DNA of 64,000 nucleotides from Planctomycetota bacterium. Its GTDB lineage: Bacteria > Planctomycetota > PLA2 > JAEUHO01. The position numbers and the translations under genes are program-made. The stretch covers positions 132,152 through 196,151 of the forward strand of contig JBFWRP010000007.1 in NCBI GenBank assembly GCA_050248855.1, in the 5' to 3' direction. Each line of letters starts with the position of its first letter. Positions within the stretch are counted from its first letter, which is position 1. The notes below the pieces were generated by a model. The model searched no databases. It saw nothing but the letters and a program-made list of their open reading frames with translations, and was not told the origin of the DNA. This document shows positions 1-8,511 of this stretch, piece after piece.

Positions 1-526
1 CGCCGGGCGTGCGTGCTTGCTCCTGGTGGCGGCCTGCCTCTGGCTGGCGACGGGGCAACACGGGGTGCACGAGGGCGCCCTGCTCGGCAACGCGCGATTC
101 CTGGCCGGCCTGGGCGTGGTGTTGGCCCTGCTCGTCGGCGCGCGCCTCGATCGCCATCGCGACGGGGCCCAGGGGCTGCGCGCGACCCAGCTCGGGGTCG
201 CGCTTCCGCTGGGCTGGTTCGTCGGGCTGGGCGAGGTCCTGCACCTCGTGCAGCCGCTGGACACGGCGTGGCGAGCCGTGGCGGTGAGCCTGTACACGAC
301 GGCCTGGGCCGCACTGCTGCTGCTCGGCGGGTTCCGCCTGCGCGTGCCGATCCTGCGCTACGTCGCGTTGGCCACCTTCGGTGCGGTCATCCTGAAGGTC
401 GGGTTCTACGACCTGCGTGCCACGTCGCTGCCGCTGCGCGTCCTCGTGACGGGCGTCCTGGGCATCGTGCTGCTGGTCGCCGCCTACGGCTACGCACGGC
501 GCAAGGAGGAACCGCGGGCCGGGTAA
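1..526 (+). CDS. DUF2339-like multi-pass membrane protein, C-terminal part (5' end outside window)
   Basis: Serial hydrophobic helices ending in LKVGFYDL..LPLRVLVTGVLGIVLL, resembling the DUF2339 C-terminal KxFxxDL...R pattern. Confidence 0.6.
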   Translation, partial: AGRACLLLVAACLWLATGQHGVHEGALLGNARFLAGLGVVLALLVGARLDRHRDGAQGLRATQLGVALPLGWFVGLGEVLHLVQPLDTAWRAVAVSLYTTAWAALLLLGGFRLRVPILRYVALATFGAVILKVGFYDLRATSLPLRVLVTGVLGIVLLVAAYGYARRKEEPRAG

Positions 527-536
527 CCTGCGAGCC

Positions 537-1553
537 GTGCCGACCAACGCCCCGCTCGCGATGAAGCTCCCGCTGCTGCGCCTGGGCGCGCTGCCGCTCG
601 AGAGCCCCTTCGTGCAGGCGGCGCTCAGCGGCTACAGCGACCGACCCATGCGCGTGCTCGCGCGCCGTCACGGTGCGGCCTACACCGTGCACGAAGTGCT
701 GATCGACCGGTTCGTGCGCGAAGTCCGGAGTGCCACGGCCCGCGCGCGGCACTTCGCCGTCGGCGACGAGGAACACCCCGTCGGCGCGCAGCTCATGGGC
801 AGCGAGCCGTCCGACTTCCCCGCCGCGGCCGAGCGGTTGGTCGAGGCCGGTTACGACGCCATCGACATCAACTTCGGCTGCCCCGTGCGCTCGGCCATGG
901 GCGGCTGCCGCGGCGGCTACCACCTGGGCCAGCCCGACGTGGCCCTGGACATCGTGCGCACCGTGCGCAGTGCCGTTCCCGCCCACCTGCCCGTGACCGT
1001 CAAGATGCGACGCGGCATCGACGACACGCCGGCCAGCCGCAGCGCGTTCTTCCGCATCCTCGACGGCGCCTTCGACGCGGGGGTCGCCGCCATCACCGTG
1101 CACGGGCGCACCGTGGAGCAGAAGTACGTCGGTCCCAGCAGCTGGCCGTTCCTGCGCGACGTCAAGGCGCACGCCGGCGACCGCACGATCCTCGGCAGCG
1201 GTGACCTCTTCACCGCCGACGACGCGCTGCGCATGCTCGCCGAGACCGGCGTGGACGGCGTCAGCCTCGCCCGCGGCGCGATCGGCAACCCGTGGATCTT
1301 CCGCGACTGCCAGGAGCTGGCCGCGGGGCGCGTGCCGACACCGCCGACCGTCGCGGAACAACGCGCCGTGCTGGAAGCGCACCGCGACCTCCTGGCCGCG
1401 ATCCATGGTCCACGTGGTTGGCTGACGCCGCTGCGCCGCCATGCGGTGAAGTACGCGCGCCATCACCCGGACGGCAACGCCGTACGCGATGCCTTCGGTC
1501 GCGCGCATGCACCGGAGGCGTTCGACGCGGTGGTGGCGAGCTACTACGCGTAG
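537..1553 (+). CDS. dusB: tRNA-dihydrouridine synthase (Dus family)
   Basis: QAALSGYSD, IDINFGCP, TVKMRRG, ITVHGRT, GSGD, ARGAIGNPWIF motifs; start may be ATG at 561. Confidence 0.9.
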   Translation: MPTNAPLAMKLPLLRLGALPLESPFVQAALSGYSDRPMRVLARRHGAAYTVHEVLIDRFVREVRSATARARHFAVGDEEHPVGAQLMGSEPSDFPAAAERLVEAGYDAIDINFGCPVRSAMGGCRGGYHLGQPDVALDIVRTVRSAVPAHLPVTVKMRRGIDDTPASRSAFFRILDGAFDAGVAAITVHGRTVEQKYVGPSSWPFLRDVKAHAGDRTILGSGDLFTADDALRMLAETGVDGVSLARGAIGNPWIFRDCQELAAGRVPTPPTVAEQRAVLEAHRDLLAAIHGPRGWLTPLRRHAVKYARHHPDGNAVRDAFGRAHAPEAFDAVVASYYA

Positions 1554-1556
1554 GCG

Positions 1557-3056
1557 TCAGAAGCCTCCGCCCGTGCGGAAGCCACCGCTTCGCGACGAGC
1601 CGCCGCTGCGCGAGGAGCCACCGCCGCTCCAGCCGCCGCCGGACGAGCCACGGCTCGAGGAACCGCCCCCCCACGACCACCCACCGCCGCTGGAGCGGCC
1701 ACCACCGCCACGCGAGGACCCGCCCCAGCTCCAGCTTCCGCCCCAGCTGCCGCTGCGACGCGAGGACGGCGGGGTCTCGAACCACTGGTTGCGGCTCATG
1801 GTGGCCCAGATCTCGGCGGCCGTGAGCACGCCCGCGAGCAGGCTCTTGAGCAGCTGGCCCCAGTCGAGGCCCCCCTTCAGGACCGAGCTCGACGCGTCGT
1901 AGTCGTTGCGCCGGAAGCGCCGCCGGAGGTCCTCGACACGCCCAAGGGCCTCGAGCGCCTTCCGGTGCGCCTCGTGTTGTTCGGCGAGCATGGCGCCGAG
2001 CCTCGAGCGCTCGGCCTGCAGGGCCGCGAGCGCCGTGACGGCGAGGTCGTCCACGCTGGTGGGCGTCGCGGTCGCGTCGCGCTGCAACGTGGCCAGCGGC
2101 TCGCTCTCCACGTGGGCCACCAGCAGGCCGTAGGCCTTGCGGCTGAGCTCGTCTTCGTCCGCGTCGAAGGCGGCCAAGCGCTCGCGCCCCTTGGCAATCC
2201 GCGCTTCCGCCTCCTCCACGGCCTCCTCGGCCTTGGTCAACACCGCGGCGCGCCCATCGACGTCGGCCAGCAGCTCGAGGATGCCCGCCTTCTCCTCGGC
2301 TTCCGCGACGGAGGCGGCGACCGCGTCGGTCTCCGCCGTCGCCTTCTCGGCAGCACGCCGGGCGTGCTCGGCCAAGCGCACGGGAATCTCGAGCAGGCGG
2401 GCGTAGTTGCGGCGCGCGCCGTCGTAGCGGCAGAGCTTGGCGACCCAGCCGTCGAGCGTCCGGATCAGCGCGTTCGCCCGGTAGCGCTCCGTGCCGTAGC
2501 CGCGCTTCCAGAGGTAGGCGAAGAGCTTGTCCTTCTCGTAGGGCTCGCCTTTGGCGACGCGGTCGGCGGCGCTGGCCTCGGCCTTCTCGTGCGCCGCCTG
2601 GGCCTGGGCCGTCGCCCGCTCCGCGCGCTGGACGAGCATCTCGTGGCGGGGCGAGGCGGCCAACGCTTCCGCAACGGCTTCGCGACGCGCCTCCAGCGCC
2701 GCCACGGCCGCGTCCAGCTCCGCCCGCCGCTCCACGCGCACGCCTTCGCGGCGCTCGCGGTCGGCCGCCGCGTCGGCGATGGCCTCTTCCGTCTCGAGGC
2801 GCGCCGCATCGCGCTCGGCGAGCAGAGCGAGGACCCGCTGGTCGACGGCATCGAGGTCTGCGGTGACCTGCTTGGCCTCGAGCGCGTCGAAGCGCGCCCG
2901 CGCCACGTCCGCCAGCTGGCGGGTCTCCTCCTCGCGCAGGCCCTCGAGGCGGTCGGCCGTGGCCCGCAGCTCGCGACCGGCGCGCTCGGCGCGCTCGGCA
3001 CCCGCCGCCACGGTGGCCTCGATGTCGCGCAGGACGGCGGCGCCGCGGCTCACCAC
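1557..3056 (-). CDS. Long coiled-coil protein with Gly/Ser/Arg-rich C-terminal tail
   Basis: Ala/Glu/Arg heptad-like sequence, conserved-looking PYEKDKLFAYLWKRGYGT block, tail ending GGFRTGGGF; start overlaps the upstream stop. Confidence 0.8.
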   Translation of the reverse strand: MVSRGAAVLRDIEATVAAGAERAERAGRELRATADRLEGLREEETRQLADVARARFDALEAKQVTADLDAVDQRVLALLAERDAARLETEEAIADAAADRERREGVRVERRAELDAAVAALEARREAVAEALAASPRHEMLVQRAERATAQAQAAHEKAEASAADRVAKGEPYEKDKLFAYLWKRGYGTERYRANALIRTLDGWVAKLCRYDGARRNYARLLEIPVRLAEHARRAAEKATAETDAVAASVAEAEEKAGILELLADVDGRAAVLTKAEEAVEEAEARIAKGRERLAAFDADEDELSRKAYGLLVAHVESEPLATLQRDATATPTSVDDLAVTALAALQAERSRLGAMLAEQHEAHRKALEALGRVEDLRRRFRRNDYDASSSVLKGGLDWGQLLKSLLAGVLTAAEIWATMSRNQWFETPPSSRRSGSWGGSWSWGGSSRGGGGRSSGGGWSWGGGSSSRGSSGGGWSGGGSSRSGGSSRSGGFRTGGGF

Positions 3057-4519
3057 GACACGATCCAGCCGCCTGCGGTCGCGAAGCGGTATGTGGGCTC
3101 GAAGGCTCCGGCCCGCTTCGCCCCGAACACCGCATCGTCGACGATGCCGTTGTCCTGCTTGTCGCGCTTGACCTGCTCGTAGACGGCCTCGGGCACGCGC
3201 ACGCCGAAGCGCGTCGCCGTGTGCACGCGCTGGTCTTCGTCACTGACGATGGTCAGCGGGACCAGCCGCCCGTCCTCGCCGACGGCCTCGACGATGATGT
3301 AGTAGCTGCGGACGTCGTGGCGCTCGACCGGCGTGCGCCACACCCCGCTGCGTTCGTCGGGCCGGGAGACGATGCGCAGCGTGTAGGACTGCTCCAGGCG
3401 CGTGAGCAAGCGCTCCAGCTGTTCGAGGGCGTCTCGCAGGGTCGCGTCGTCGCCCGATGCGAGCGCCCCCTGCACGGCCTTCGTGCGATCCGCCACGCGT
3501 GGCGCGGCGCGCTCGTCGAGCGTCATGCGCGCCACGCGCGCGGCCGCCACGTCCAAGGCGTGACGCGCCTGCGCGCGCAAGGCCTCCGCGCCCAGGACGG
3601 AGCCCACCGCCGTACGCAACGCCTGCACCCGGCTCTTGCTGTCGGCGGCGTCCCCGCGGTCGATGGCCGCCAGCGCATCGTCGCGCAACCGGTTCAGACG
3701 GGCCTGCGTGCCTTCGTCCAGCGACAGCCCGCCCAGGCGATCCAGCTCGATGCCGACGGCGCGGGCCGCGAGCGCAAGCTCGCGGACGACATCGAGGCGG
3801 CCGGCGATCTCGCCCAGCGCCGACTGCACGACGCCGTAGTCGCGCCGGGCCGCGCCCAGCTCGTCCTCCATCTTCCCGGGCGCCGCGTCGAACGCGTCCT
3901 GGTCCACCGTGCCGTCAAGGCGCTCGATCACCCGCTGCAAGCGCGAGCGGGTCGCCACGAGCTCCTCGGCCGTCTCCTGCCCCAGGCGGTGCCAGGGGCC
4001 CGGCTTGTCGTCCGGTCCGGGCAGCTGCCGCTCGAGGTCCTCCAGACGGCGCCCGGCCCGCTCGACCTCATGCTCGAGCGCCGTGCGCGCCGCTCCGTAC
4101 GCCTCGCGACGCGCCTTGGCCTTGCGCGAGCGGTCCCAGGCCACGAGCCCGAACGCCACGAGAGCGAGCGCCAGCACGACGCCTGACCGCACGAACCACT
4201 TGCCGCGATCGACGTAGATCTCCGCCAGGCGAACGCGAAGCGTGCGCTCGGGCGGACGGTACACGAACCGGTCCCGCACGAGGGCCTCGACGCCCTCCTC
4301 GATGACCTCCTGGGGCACCTCGATGCCCTGGTCGGCATAGATGCCGCGGACCCGCTGGACGAGCGCGGCGCGCCGACCCTCCTCGCCGAGCTCCGCCTCC
4401 ACGATCGCCCGTTGGTGGCGGAGCGTGTCCACCACGTCCATGGCCAGCATGACCTCGTCCAGCGGCGCGGCGGCCGTCGGCGCAGGCAGCGAGTCGGTCG
4501 TGGGCGCGTCCGAAGACAT
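3050..4519 (-). CDS. DUF6384-family membrane-anchored coiled-coil protein
   Basis: N-terminal PLDEVMLAMDVVDTLRH, one TM segment, C-terminal YYIIVEAV...DKQDNGIVD. Confidence 0.75.
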   Translation of the reverse strand: MSSDAPTTDSLPAPTAAAPLDEVMLAMDVVDTLRHQRAIVEAELGEEGRRAALVQRVRGIYADQGIEVPQEVIEEGVEALVRDRFVYRPPERTLRVRLAEIYVDRGKWFVRSGVVLALALVAFGLVAWDRSRKAKARREAYGAARTALEHEVERAGRRLEDLERQLPGPDDKPGPWHRLGQETAEELVATRSRLQRVIERLDGTVDQDAFDAAPGKMEDELGAARRDYGVVQSALGEIAGRLDVVRELALAARAVGIELDRLGGLSLDEGTQARLNRLRDDALAAIDRGDAADSKSRVQALRTAVGSVLGAEALRAQARHALDVAAARVARMTLDERAAPRVADRTKAVQGALASGDDATLRDALEQLERLLTRLEQSYTLRIVSRPDERSGVWRTPVERHDVRSYYIIVEAVGEDGRLVPLTIVSDEDQRVHTATRFGVRVPEAVYEQVKRDKQDNGIVDDAVFGAKRAGAFEPTYRFATAGGWIVSW

Positions 4520-4531
4520 CGCGGTGTGGGA

Positions 4532-5740
4532 TCAGGCCGGGGACGGAGCCGGCAGCGCGGCGGCCTGCTCTTCGAGACGGATCATGCGCAGCTTCCCGTC
4601 CTCGACCGCCGCCCGCACCTCTTCCTCGTTCTTGCGACTGAGCTCGCGCATCTCCGTGATGATCTCGCGCGAGCGCTGCTGCCAGGCGACCACGGCGTCC
4701 ACGAGCTTCTTCACGGACTCGACGCGGATCGTGGGGCCGTAGCCGGCCTTGATCGCGGCCTCCTGGATCTTGGTGCCCTCGTCGCCCAAGGTCTCCAGGC
4801 TCTTCTCGATGCCCTTCTTCATGGCCTCGAGCGTCTGCGTCGCCTCGTGCAGCCCGCTCATGCCCGTGAAGGAGGCGGAGAGCGCCGTGAACACGGTCTC
4901 GTTGGTACCGAAGAACGTGACGGCCTGGGAGTAGACGCGCTCCTTGGCGTTGGTGATCTGGTGCAGGCGCGCCATGATCACTTCCGTGGTGTTGTAGGCG
5001 ATGGAGAGGTTCTCGGCGAGGTCCTTGCAGATCTGGTAGCGCTTGTCTTCGTCTTGCAGCTCGCGCATGGCGAGGTCGCGCGTCATCTCGAGGCGGGCGG
5101 CCTTCTCGCGGTCGTCGCCCTTCTGCTTGCCCACGGCCTCCGCGGCCTTGGCCAGCGCCTTCTTGTCCTTCTCCAGCTCGGCGTCGGCCTTCTTGAGCAG
5201 CCGGAAGCCGAGGATCTCCGCTTCCTTCAGCGCGCCTCGGAAGTCGGCATACGCCTCGAGGACGCGGCGCTCGCGCTCGATCTGGTCGCGCGTGTCGCCT
5301 GCCACGTCGAGGTAGGTCGTGCGGATCTTGTCGAAGCGGGCGGGAATGTCGCCGCGCGTCACCTTCATCCAGACGTTGGAGACCCGCTCCATCGTGCTGA
5401 GCTTGCCGTCGTCGACCTGCTCCACCATGCGCTTGGCATCTTCGCGGATGCTGTCGAAGGCATTGGTGATGGACGCGTAGCGCTCGCCGACCGAGACGGC
5501 GCTGATCTCCTCGCGGACCACCTTGTTGAACAACGTGGCCTGGGAGAGCGTGCGCGCAATGAGGGCCGCGGTGTCGGGATCGAGCGGCGCCACGCGCTCG
5601 ATGAGCGCCACGACGGGCGCGGGCTCGTTGCCTTCGGGCAGGATGCCCATGGTGCGCAGCGCCCCGAGGGCCTTGTCGAGCAGCTTGAGGGGCTTGGGCC
5701 TGGGAGCGGACTTGGGCGCGGGCTTGGCCTTGCCGGACAT
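4532..5740 (-). CDS. TelA/toxic-anion-resistance-like helical protein ('cell surface protein' family)
   Basis: All-helical, Lys/Glu-rich; WMKVTRGDIPARF and AGYGPTI blocks; strong codon bias; ATG at 5740. Confidence 0.6.
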   Translation of the reverse strand: MSGKAKPAPKSAPRPKPLKLLDKALGALRTMGILPEGNEPAPVVALIERVAPLDPDTAALIARTLSQATLFNKVVREEISAVSVGERYASITNAFDSIREDAKRMVEQVDDGKLSTMERVSNVWMKVTRGDIPARFDKIRTTYLDVAGDTRDQIERERRVLEAYADFRGALKEAEILGFRLLKKADAELEKDKKALAKAAEAVGKQKGDDREKAARLEMTRDLAMRELQDEDKRYQICKDLAENLSIAYNTTEVIMARLHQITNAKERVYSQAVTFFGTNETVFTALSASFTGMSGLHEATQTLEAMKKGIEKSLETLGDEGTKIQEAAIKAGYGPTIRVESVKKLVDAVVAWQQRSREIITEMRELSRKNEEEVRAAVEDGKLRMIRLEEQAAALPAPSPA

Positions 5741-5824
5741 GGGAGGGTCTCCGGGGTGTCGAGGGGCCGCATGATGGCGCGACCTGCCACCCGACGGCAA
5801 CGCCAAGCCCGGAGAAGTGCCCAC

Positions 5825-6787
5825 TTAGAACAGGACGTACGCCAGGTAGGCCGCCACTTCGCGCATCACGGCGAACGGCTTGGTCGGCCAACGCTGGGTC
5901 TCGCGGCAGGGCAGCGTGTAGGACACGACACCCTCCCGCTCGAGCGCCCAGCGCACGCGGGCGACGTGGTAGTCGTGACTCACCACGAGCACGCTTCGCC
6001 ACCCCCGCTCGCGGGCCAGCTCGGCCACGGCCCGTGCGGTGGCGTGCGTGTCGACGCCGCTCTCGTCGAGCACCAAGCGCTCGGCGGGCACGCCCCGCTC
6101 GCGGCAGAGGCGCGCCATCACGCTCGGCTCGGAGCGCGGCGCACCCTCGCCGAGTCCCCCCGAGAGCACGAGGGGCCGCCCGGGGTCGCCGGCCGCGTAG
6201 GCGCGGCACGCCTCGACCGTGCGGTCCCGCAGCGCCGTCGAGGCACGCCCGTCGTGGGTGACGCGGGCGCCCAGCACGACGATGGCGTCGCCACGTGTCG
6301 GGTCGAAGCGCGTCCCCCCGATCCAGAGCAGGTGCGCCAGCACCGACACGAGCCCCATCCCCACGACCGCCACGCCGAGCACCGCGTTCGCGGCCAGTCC
6401 ACGGGAGCGCGGCAGCGGCGGCAGCGCGGCCCAGGCGCCGAGCAGGATCGCCAGCACCAGGCTCTCGGGCACGGGCGAGCCGGCCACGACACCCGCACCA
6501 CCCGCCGTGATGCCGAACAGACGCACGGCGTCGGCGAGCGCCAGGCAGGCGAGGCCGGCCGCCAGGCCGCGGCGGTGGCGCCAGCGGGTCACGACGGCGA
6601 GCCCGAACGCCGCCGTCACGACGGTCAGCACGATCCGCGGCAGACCGCCACCCTGGATCCAGAGCGCCATGCGATCGTGCCCATCGGCCAGCTGTCGGAC
6701 GACGCCGACCAGCGCGAAGAGGGCCACGGCAAGTACCCAGGCGTCGAGTGCGCGTCGGGCGAGGTTCGAGATGCGAAACGGCGCCAT
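5825..6787 (-). CDS. YdcF/ElyC/SanA (DUF218) family membrane protein
   Basis: N-terminal TM helices, then DAIVVLGA, LVLSGG, SE..VM, VVSHDYHVAR and REVAAY motifs. Confidence 0.85.
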   Translation of the reverse strand: MAPFRISNLARRALDAWVLAVALFALVGVVRQLADGHDRMALWIQGGGLPRIVLTVVTAAFGLAVVTRWRHRRGLAAGLACLALADAVRLFGITAGGAGVVAGSPVPESLVLAILLGAWAALPPLPRSRGLAANAVLGVAVVGMGLVSVLAHLLWIGGTRFDPTRGDAIVVLGARVTHDGRASTALRDRTVEACRAYAAGDPGRPLVLSGGLGEGAPRSEPSVMARLCRERGVPAERLVLDESGVDTHATARAVAELARERGWRSVLVVSHDYHVARVRWALEREGVVSYTLPCRETQRWPTKPFAVMREVAAYLAYVLF

Positions 6788-6832
6788 GGGACGGAGGATC
6801 GGACACATGCGAGCACGCATGGAGCGCACATC

Positions 6833-7252
6833 ATGAAATGCTGCGAACAACGACTCGAGATCGCCACGTCGGGGCGCGGCTTGGTCGACATCACGACCGA
6901 CGTACAGCACGCCGTCGGGCGCGCTGGCATCACCACGGGCTTCGTGGTGGTCTTCTGCCAGCACACCTCCTGCAGCTTGCTGATCCAGGAGAACGCCGAT
7001 CCCAGCGCACGCCGCGACCTCCTGGCTTGGCTCGAGCGCCTCGCCCCGGACGGCGACCCGCGCTACACGCACGACGCCGAAGGGCCCGACGACATGGCGG
7101 CGCACCTGCGCAGCGCCGTCACGAGGACCTCGGAGACGATCCCCATCCACGGGAGTCGGCTGGCCCTCGGCATGTGGCAGGGTCTGTTCCTGGCCGAGCA
7201 CCGGACCCGACCGCACCGCCGCCGGTTGGCGGTGACGGTCGTGGGAACCTGA
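6833..7252 (+). CDS. yjbQ: YjbQ (UPF0047) family protein
   Basis: HTSCSLLIQENADP, HDAEGPDDMAAH, LGMWQG.FLAEHR motifs. Confidence 0.92.
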   Translation: MKCCEQRLEIATSGRGLVDITTDVQHAVGRAGITTGFVVVFCQHTSCSLLIQENADPSARRDLLAWLERLAPDGDPRYTHDAEGPDDMAAHLRSAVTRTSETIPIHGSRLALGMWQGLFLAEHRTRPHRRRLAVTVVGT

Positions 7253-7259
7253 CGGCGAC

Positions 7260-7553
7260 CTACTTGAGGACGCCGAGGAAGCGCAGCGCGATGATCAGCA
7301 GCACCGAGCCGCCCAGGGCCAGCAGCGCGACGCCCACCCAGCCCGAGACCGAGATGCCGAGCACCCCGCCGAGCCACCCGCCGATGTAGGCGCCCGCGAC
7401 GCCCACGAGCACGTTGGCGACCAAACCCATCTGCCCGCTCGTCTTCATGACGATGCTGGCCAGCCAGCCGATGAGGCCGCCGATGACCAAGAAGACGATC
7501 GTGTGTCCGATCGAGTCGAAGGGGTAGGAGGCAGCGATCAGATCGTGCGGCAT
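7260..7553 (-). CDS. GlsB/YeaQ/YmgE (transglycosylase-associated) small membrane protein
   Basis: IGGLIGWLAS...GLVANVLVGVAGAYIGG glycine-zipper helices. Confidence 0.85.
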   Translation of the reverse strand: MPHDLIAASYPFDSIGHTIVFLVIGGLIGWLASIVMKTSGQMGLVANVLVGVAGAYIGGWLGGVLGISVSGWVGVALLALGGSVLLIIALRFLGVLK

Positions 7554-7685
7554 GGGGAGTCTCCAAGGACGTGGGGTCGCCGGACGCCAGGCCGGTCAGT
7601 CCAGGTCTACACCCTGGCGTCCGTCTTGACGCCGTCCGGGCACTCCCCCCCTTGCCAATCCGCATCGCCTGCGCCCTGCTAGGGC

Positions 7686-8465
7686 GTGTCCAGGGGGAAC
7701 GCCGTGGCCCGAACGGACGAGAGCCTCGCCAAGCAAGCCGAGCGCTGGTGCCACTACGGGGCCCAGCTCGTGGCCCACGCCGCGGTCCACGCCCTGCCCG
7801 GTCGCGGGCTGCGCGAGCGCTGCTCGCTCGACGAACCGGCCTGTGCGCGCAACTTCGCCGTACGCGGCTACCGCCACCACGTCCTCGGTCACGACACTCC
7901 GGCTTGTTGCCGGATGCATCTGCTCGGCGTCCTCGACGACGTCGTGGCCTGCCTCGAACCGACGGACTGGACGTGGTTCGTGTTCTGGGGTGGGTTTCTC
8001 GGCTCCGCGCGCGATGGCGAGCTCGTGCCCTGGGACCGCGACCTCGACATCGCGGTGGTGGACGTTGCTGCGTCGGACCTGCTCGCGGTCCTCGAGCCCC
8101 TGACCGGCCGTGGTCGCCACCTGCGACTGCGCGGCGCGACGACGCCCCACCTCGTGCGCGTGCAAGCCAGCAGCCGCAACGGCATCGGGGTCGATGTCGA
8201 ACGCTGGCGGCGGGAGGGCGATGTCTTGGTGGCCCTCGACCCCGACATCGCTGCGCGTCCGCGCGTGGACCTCGTCCTCCCCTTGGTCGGGCGGCCCCTG
8301 GCCGGTCGCGGCCTGCGCATGCCGCGCTCGCCCGCTCTCCTTGCGGACCTGTACGGACCTGACTGGGCGACGCGTGGAGTGCGCGTCGAGCAGCGCTTCG
8401 GCCGACGCGTCGTGGACCTGCTCCCGGCCGGCGGGCCCCAGGCCCTCGCGCTCCCGATCCCCTGA
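7686..8465 (+). CDS. LicD/fukutin-family phosphotransferase, FKRP-like
   Basis: GGFLGSARDGELVPWDRDLDI LicD signature, C-terminal LYGPDW, upstream Cx6Cx20CC cluster. Confidence 0.8.
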   Translation: MSRGNAVARTDESLAKQAERWCHYGAQLVAHAAVHALPGRGLRERCSLDEPACARNFAVRGYRHHVLGHDTPACCRMHLLGVLDDVVACLEPTDWTWFVFWGGFLGSARDGELVPWDRDLDIAVVDVAASDLLAVLEPLTGRGRHLRLRGATTPHLVRVQASSRNGIGVDVERWRREGDVLVALDPDIAARPRVDLVLPLVGRPLAGRGLRMPRSPALLADLYGPDWATRGVRVEQRFGRRVVDLLPAGGPQALALPIP

Positions 8466-8511
8466 AGCGGACGTCCGTGACAGCGCGACCGGGGCGACGT
8501 AGGGTCCTCCG

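Noticed and set aside
1557..1770. ccgccg/gagccg repeats as a possible CRISPR or tandem array
   Set aside because: Imperfect codon-level repeats encoding the Gly/Ser tail; no constant repeat with unique spacers and no cas genes.
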